A DNA stretch of 64,000 bases from Perkinsela sp. CCAP 1560/9 (lineage: Eukaryota > Protista > Euglenozoa: Kinetoplastea). The stretch is taken from positions 275,906 to 339,905 of the forward strand of contig CBFFSA010000014.1 of the NCBI GenBank assembly GCA_965644495.1, in the 5' to 3' direction. A model generated the notes under the pieces. It made no database searches, was not told where the DNA came from, and was given only the letters and a program-made list of their open reading frames with translations. Made by a program: the position numbers and the translations under genes. Below, one piece after another: positions 58,356-64,000 of the stretch; position 1 is the stretch's first letter, and each line of letters opens with the position of its first letter.

Positions 58356-59078
58356 CCGCGTGGACACCCGTTCGCGATAGGGAGGGATGTATATCTCTCT
58401 GGGAGGTGAAAAGGATAGGTATAAAATATTTGATTATTTTGCGTACAAATAATGAAAGATGCATCACATTGGAAATTCAGCATACAGGTGGATAGTCGGT
58501 TGAAAAGATAATGAGAAATACATGTATTTTAAAATATTTTGAGATATTTCAATAGCAGATTAATATTAGGACTCGAGTAGTATGCACTTGTGAAATTAAT
58601 GTTTCTTTCCCGGAGAGCAATTCTAGAAGTTTACGAATAGAATTGTTCGAAGGGATTTATACGCCGATAAATGGCCGGCGGGCATTGTACGCTTGTATTT
58701 AAAATGATTTGAATATGCAGTTTAGTCCATACGATTATCGCTTTTATTTGAAGAAGTGTTTTTCTCCATACAAAACTTTTTGTCTCACCCACCAGCCCCC
58801 AAACCACTCCCCGCGTGGACACCCGTTCGCGATAGGGAGGGATGTATATCTCTCCGGGAGGTGAAAAGGATAGGTATAAAATATTTGATTCTTTTGCGTA
58901 CAAATAATGAAAGATGCATCATATTGGAAATTCAGCATACAGGTGGATAGTAGGTTGAAAAGATAATGAGAAATACATGTATTTTAAAATATTTTGAGAT
59001 ATTTCAATAGCAGATTAATATTAGGACTCGAGTAGTATGTACTTGTGAAATTAATGTTTCTTTCCCGGAGAGCAATTC
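58356..59078. repeat. Two ~268-bp direct repeats (58356-58623, 58811-59078) downstream of the RT-RNase H
   Basis: Near-identical CCGCGTGGACACCCG...CCCGGAGAGCAATTC blocks. Confidence 0.92.
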
Positions 59079-59082
59079 GAAC

Positions 59083-60100
59083 GAGAAGGTGCAGCAAGGC
59101 CTACGGTGCAATATTTAGTTCCTTTCACAGTGGTGGAAACAGATGACGATGGTGATAAGCGACGACGATTTATTTCCTGGACACAATCCGACAACGAACG
59201 TCTCTCGGATTATGAACCGAGTGTGCCGCTTTGGCATCCTGCAAAATACTTACATCGTGTGGCCGAAGAGGTAGGGGTGAAGCGAGATTTAGCCTCCGGA
59301 TTTTATCAAATTGCTATTCCTCTTCAATTTCGCGCAAAAATTCGGTTTTTCTCCGATAGCGGAGTATTGTATGAAATGAAGGTGCTGCCCATGGGGCATA
59401 GGTGCGCCCCGGAAGTAATGCATTCGATTACGGCAGCGCTAGCGGGAGATGATTGATTGATTGATTGATTGATTAGCGCTAGCGGGAGATGCGGCATATT
59501 ATAAGCCAGGTGACGCTTACACAAAGGGTAAACTTGATGTTTACATAGATGGAGTCCGTTTTGCAGGGACATCTCCCGATGCTATACATTACGCGTCTTG
59601 GATTGATGGACGGGCACGTGCGGTAAATGCACTTTTTAAGGACAAGGGATGTCAGCCTGTTGCTGCGTACATTTTTAATGGTGTTCAGTACTATCACAAC
59701 ACTCATCGGGTTTGCCTGGGCCCGAAGGTTGTGCGCAAGTTACAAAGAAATAAATTTATGAATCTCACTTTCGTGGAGCTTGAGGCGGCGGTGGGGCGCC
59801 TTATGTACGGCTCTGCGGTGCTTGGAGTAGTTATCCCGAAGTACCATTTCGTCATTAAGGTGGCGCAAAGACGGATTAACCTCTTAAATCGATTCCCCAG
59901 TATCGCAAATAAGGAAGTTGATTTGCCCATGAAAATTCGGGCAAAGCTGGGCGAATGGCGCAACGAATTGGTATACATTAGGCCTCGAGAGCCTTTGCCG
60001 CATCCGGACTTTGCACCGCACAAAAACAAGCTTTATACCGATGCGTCGGGGAAGGACGGGAGGCATATTGTATTTGGATACCGGCGAAGTATCCATTGTA
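59083..60100 (+). mobile_element. Second DIRS/TATE-like RT-RNase H copy, disrupted
   Basis: PFTVVE..RRRFISW, RDLASGFYQI, LPMGHRCAPE, VYIDG, LYTDASG. Confidence 0.88.
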
Positions 60101-60582
60101 GGGGGGAGGTGGGGACTCAACTGGCCACGTTAACAACGTGACATTGATTGTTTTTGTTCTATGCAGGCGTGCTTCCTTTTATCTGTGTTTGTGCGTGTGA
60201 ATTATCTACGATATGTTTTGGTACAATTTGAGAGTAAGATTGGATTATTCATACTTGTTTATTTATATATGTTTGTTTATTCATATATGTTTTCATGTAT
60301 ATGTTTCCAGGAGCCCCTCGGCGTGGATTTCTGAATACTTATTCTTGTTATATTACTTTGACATTTCATAGAAGGTTCAGTGAGCCCTCGCCGTGAATTT
60401 CTTACTCTGCCCCGGTTGTGACATGTAAACTTGAGTAAGTAATTTTGGTTTCGCTTATATCTGTAGAAAAAATACTCAATACTATTTCACATTAGTAACA
60501 ATTTCTTTCACGTTATTTCACAGAAAATTTTTCTGTGGGTGGGTGCCGGCGGTACCCAGTCGTCAGTTTTATTTACCAAGTG

Positions 60583-60600
60583 AGTTTCTGTACCTTGTTG
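60583..60600 (+). other. SL exon 3' part fused to a 5' UTR
   Basis: AGTTTCTGTACCTTGTTG directly followed by 36 nt that upstream (60496-60531) follow an AG. Confidence 0.85.
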
Positions 60601-60636
60601 TAACAATTTCTTTCACGTTATTTCACAGAAAATTTT

Positions 60637-61311
60637 ATGCCTCGTAAGTCATCTGCTGAAGTCGAAAGCGTTAACATTACACAGCGTCACGACGACTCAA
60701 CACAGGAGTTCCAAACCCCTGCCCCGGCTCACCGTGTAACCTTTGCGGAGCCTGAGTTTGTTGCTTCCCCTCAGGAAGCTCTTCACATTGAAGCAGATTT
60801 TAAGAAAATGTGTACAACTCTGGAACAAATCGCTTTGCAGGTAAATCGCATGGAACAAACGCACAACAACCTTGGCACTCTGGTTCGCGAAGAAGTCAAA
60901 CGCGCCCTGCCACGAATGCTTAGCAATGTCAATGATACAGCAAACACCGAGCCAACTCAGAATGTTGAAGTATTGCCACCCCCTTATCGCTCACCAATGT
61001 CCGAAGATGAAGTCCATGATAAAGTTATTTCTATTTCCGCCATGCTAGAGGAGAATGAGCTAGAACTTGAAGTGACGTGGTACTTGCAACATTCGGCCCC
61101 GGAGACGGCTAGTACATGGCGCGGAAGCCCGAGAGTCAGTTGTGACGATGAAGGACAACCGATTCTGATAGTGAAGTACACGCGTGGAGAGTATCCTTTG
61201 CCAAAAGAAGGTGTTCGATATGTTCGCATAATGGTGGTAAACAAGGTTCCTCTTATGCCAGGTAAGATTGATTCGGATGAAAGCATCGAAGTACAAGAGC
61301 ACGGAGGGAAG
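60637..61311 (+). CDS. Retroelement ORF1/gag-like protein, truncated by the LINE insertion
   Basis: Coiled coil then VTW.......TWRG......VKY....PLP..GVRY..I, recalled as resembling kinetoplastid SLACS/CZAR-type ORF1 (unverified); the last codons come from the LINE tail. Confidence 0.45.
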
Positions 61312-64000
61312 TCCTATCCTATCCTATCCTATTAGGCTGACTTGCGTCGGCTGAAAGTACTACTGCTTCGTTTTTCGTGAAAACAATTTTCTCTTAGGTG
61401 AGTCTTCTACCTTGCGACCCACAATCTTGTGTAACTCCCTTGACCCTTTACGCTCTTCTCTCGCTTCCTTAACACATTCCGCTTCCTGGAGTGATTTTCG
61501 GTCTTTTGATGACCCTGTTCCGGTAGATGGTAAAAGCGAGGAACCCTTTTTGGGTGCACGTTCCTCTGCAGAAGTAGTGTATCCTCGTTTGTTAGATGCA
61601 ATGGGTATTGTGCCGTCGTTTGCCGGGGTCTTTCGTGTCGGGCGAACGGAAAGACGCAAGTTTTTAGATTCACGTCGTTGAGAGTCTCGAGCACTCAATG
61701 TCTTCATCCTCTTTGTCAACTGGGAAGAAAGAGGTTTCCGTGAAGCAGCGAGAGCCAAAGCGTCAGCCTTGTCATTGTACGCATTTCCGTTGTGGGCCTT
61801 CACCTTACAAACGTAGATTTCAATATTATTGCTTTGAAGAATACGAATCTTTCGATCTAAAAATTCAAGAAGCTCACCATTCGCCACCTTCTTGTATCCT
61901 ACTACTCGTTGCCGCATCCTTACGTGATGGAAAAAATTCCACACGTAAAAGGAATCAGTGTGCACCAACACAACTTCGGATCCCTCAGGTATTCTTTCAA
62001 GTGCCTCTTTGAAGGATTCTGCCTCAGCTTGTTCTGCTGAGTCAACGTCCAGCCTCAAAGAAGCATAATCATCATTCACCCACTTGCGCCTGATCACGAT
62101 TCCCGCCCCCCCTCTGCATTCATTTGTCGCCTTGATATAGCGTACCGAACCATCGATGTACATGTGAACTTCCTTTTCCCGAACTAGAAAAATTTCTGAG
62201 TTTTCTTCTACAAATTGCAACTCACTAATTGATTCGTGTTTCAGAGCATGGTTATACTTACTCTTCCATCGCGAAGAGGTGATCCTCTCATAGTCGACCA
62301 ACGGTTCCAGAGAAAGCCTGAGAGAGTCACATAACTTTTGCCGGTGTTGTCGGTCTTGAGAAAAAACGAGGGCTTCTTCAACCGTTATCCCGAGATCATG
62401 AAAACATTCCTCGCTAGGAGACATTTGCCTAGCGTTCTCTCTACTTTTCCACTGAAGCAATTCTCGAAACACTGTTGAGTGACGAATCATGTGACCCACC
62501 ACCTTTGCCCTGCTTACACGATGGATGGTGTTGAAGCGAGGTGTTCCACGATAGAGAGATTCTAGGGGATAACAATGACCGAATTCGTCTAGTTTGACAT
62601 GATTGCAGGCAAATCGTCTCATCATGTTGATTTCAACCTCAGTTTTCCTGACCATAGCATTCGAGATTGGTAGAGATGAAATTCCAAAAGTAAGAACAGG
62701 ATATACCAAACAATCGAACAGGCGGAGCTTAGTGGAGGCGTCAAGGGGTGAGTTCCAAATTCCTTTGAGACGTCGAAAAGCGGCCCAGGTCAATGCCAAT
62801 CTATCCTTAACTGGGGAGGAGGCACCGGTTTCTTGAAGCTGCCCCAGATACCTGTATTTGTCAACATATGGAATTTTGCCCAGGTAGGCCGTTCTGAGCT
62901 CCTTTTGTCCACCTGGAACTCTACCAAACCCCATCCATGCTGTTTTCGTCTTGCCTATGGCGATTTGCAAATTCGCTCTTTGAGACTCCTGAGCCGTGAG
63001 GTCAATCATGCGGGAGATCTCACCTTTAGTTGATGCCAATAGAGCGATATCATCAGCATAGTTGATGTCTTGTAGCCGTACCTCTTGTAACCCTCTGCTC
63101 TTTGTCCCTTGGCTCCTAAGAAGAACCCCAAAGGGCCTGCCGTCCAATGCTCGGTGTAGAATGCGGTCAACGACAAGAATGAAGAGATAAGGTGCCAAAA
63201 CGTCCCCTTGAAGAATACCAGTTGTGATTTGAAATGAAGTCGTATTTCCATAGGGGGTCCGAACAACACCATGAAGACCTCTGTATATAGACATTATGGT
63301 TCGCAGCATTGCAGGGCCAACGTGGAAAGCCTGAAGCGCAGCCTTGATAGCCTGAAAAGAGACAGAGGGAAATGCTTTCGCAAAGTCCAGAAAAGCGACC
63401 ACCAACCCAGACTTGTCTCGACATGCCCTGGTCTTCACCTCGTTAAGGAGTATTTGCGCGCCGGATGTAGAGCGTTCTGGGCGAAACCCATACTGACTGT
63501 CCCGCAGAATTGGTTCTATGGTCGGTCGAATTCGTTGCAATATCATGCAGTTCATCAACTTAACGATGCTATTAACTAAGCATATTGGGCGCCAATTTGC
63601 TATTTGAGATAAGTCGCCCTTCTTCGGGATAGGGACTTGAACTACAGTCTTCCAGCATTCAGGGGCAACCCCCGTAGCTCGAACCTCATTAATAATATCA
63701 AGCATCGCTAGCTTAAGTCCACTATGCTCCGAAATAATGCTTATCACTTCAGCCGGTATTGCATCAATTCCTGGAGCTTTATTTCGTGCAAGTTTAGAAA
63801 TTCCATGAATAAGCTCCTCTTCCGTAAATGCTCCATCTTGTATTGGAGTTGATGGTTTAACAACATCGTCGAACTGAATTTCAGAATCCCCTAAGTCATT
63901 GCTACCCATCCTAGAGAAGAAATCTCGGACTACATTCAGAGTCTCTTTGGTAGATGAAGTGTCAATGCAAAGCTTTGTCCTAGAATTGCCCTCCGGGTGA
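61312..64000 (-). mobile_element. RTE-like non-LTR retrotransposon with C-terminal RNase H; runs off the window
   Basis: ORF 61360-63909: KAPGID, WRPICL, DFAKAF, GILQGDVLAP, YADD, YRYLG; RNase H YIDGS, AEQAE, HTDS, KVKAHNG..YNDKAD; 3' hairpin plus (ATAGG)4 tail. Confidence 0.93.

Noticed and set aside
1-64000. Prokaryotic origin suggested by IS-like transposases and absence of introns
   Set aside because: Core genes (RPN11, eIF2-gamma, RRP9, RAMP4, sideroflexin) and SL sequences are eukaryotic

Overview
Eukaryotic, intron-less, kinetoplastid-type DNA. All recognisable host genes from 0.6 to 47 kb lie on the minus strand, like one polycistronic cluster: kinase, PEX22-like, sideroflexin, V-ATPase F, ICE2/NARG2-like, RPN11, GT11 fucosyltransferase, DCX-domain protein, uL23m, RAMP4, CIA2, RRP9, SAM-TM protein, eIF2-gamma and five paralogous LRR genes. 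Spliced-leader (SL)-like sequences are present. The LRR family and Merlin elements suggest a Perkinsela-like prokinetoplastid (inference). Transposon islands occupy about 13.4-20.3, 25.2-29.2 and 41-64 kb: Tc1/mariner and MITEs, Merlin/IS1595, Harbinger-like, an IS30 fragment, RTE-like LINEs and DIRS/TATE-like RT-RNase H. Most notable: (1) a ~600-bp mobile element headed by an SL-RNA-like sequence, with covarying RNA structure and an A-rich tail, inserted twice into one LRR gene (candidate SL-RNA-derived SINE); (2) an SL exon fused in DNA exactly at an AG acceptor (60.6 kb); (3) four GC-rich islands spaced 10-13 kb apart, each with a sharp C/A-to-G/T strand-skew switch that overrides protein composition (candidate replication origins or recombination hotspots). 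Family assignments are from motif recognition by eye; no searches were run.
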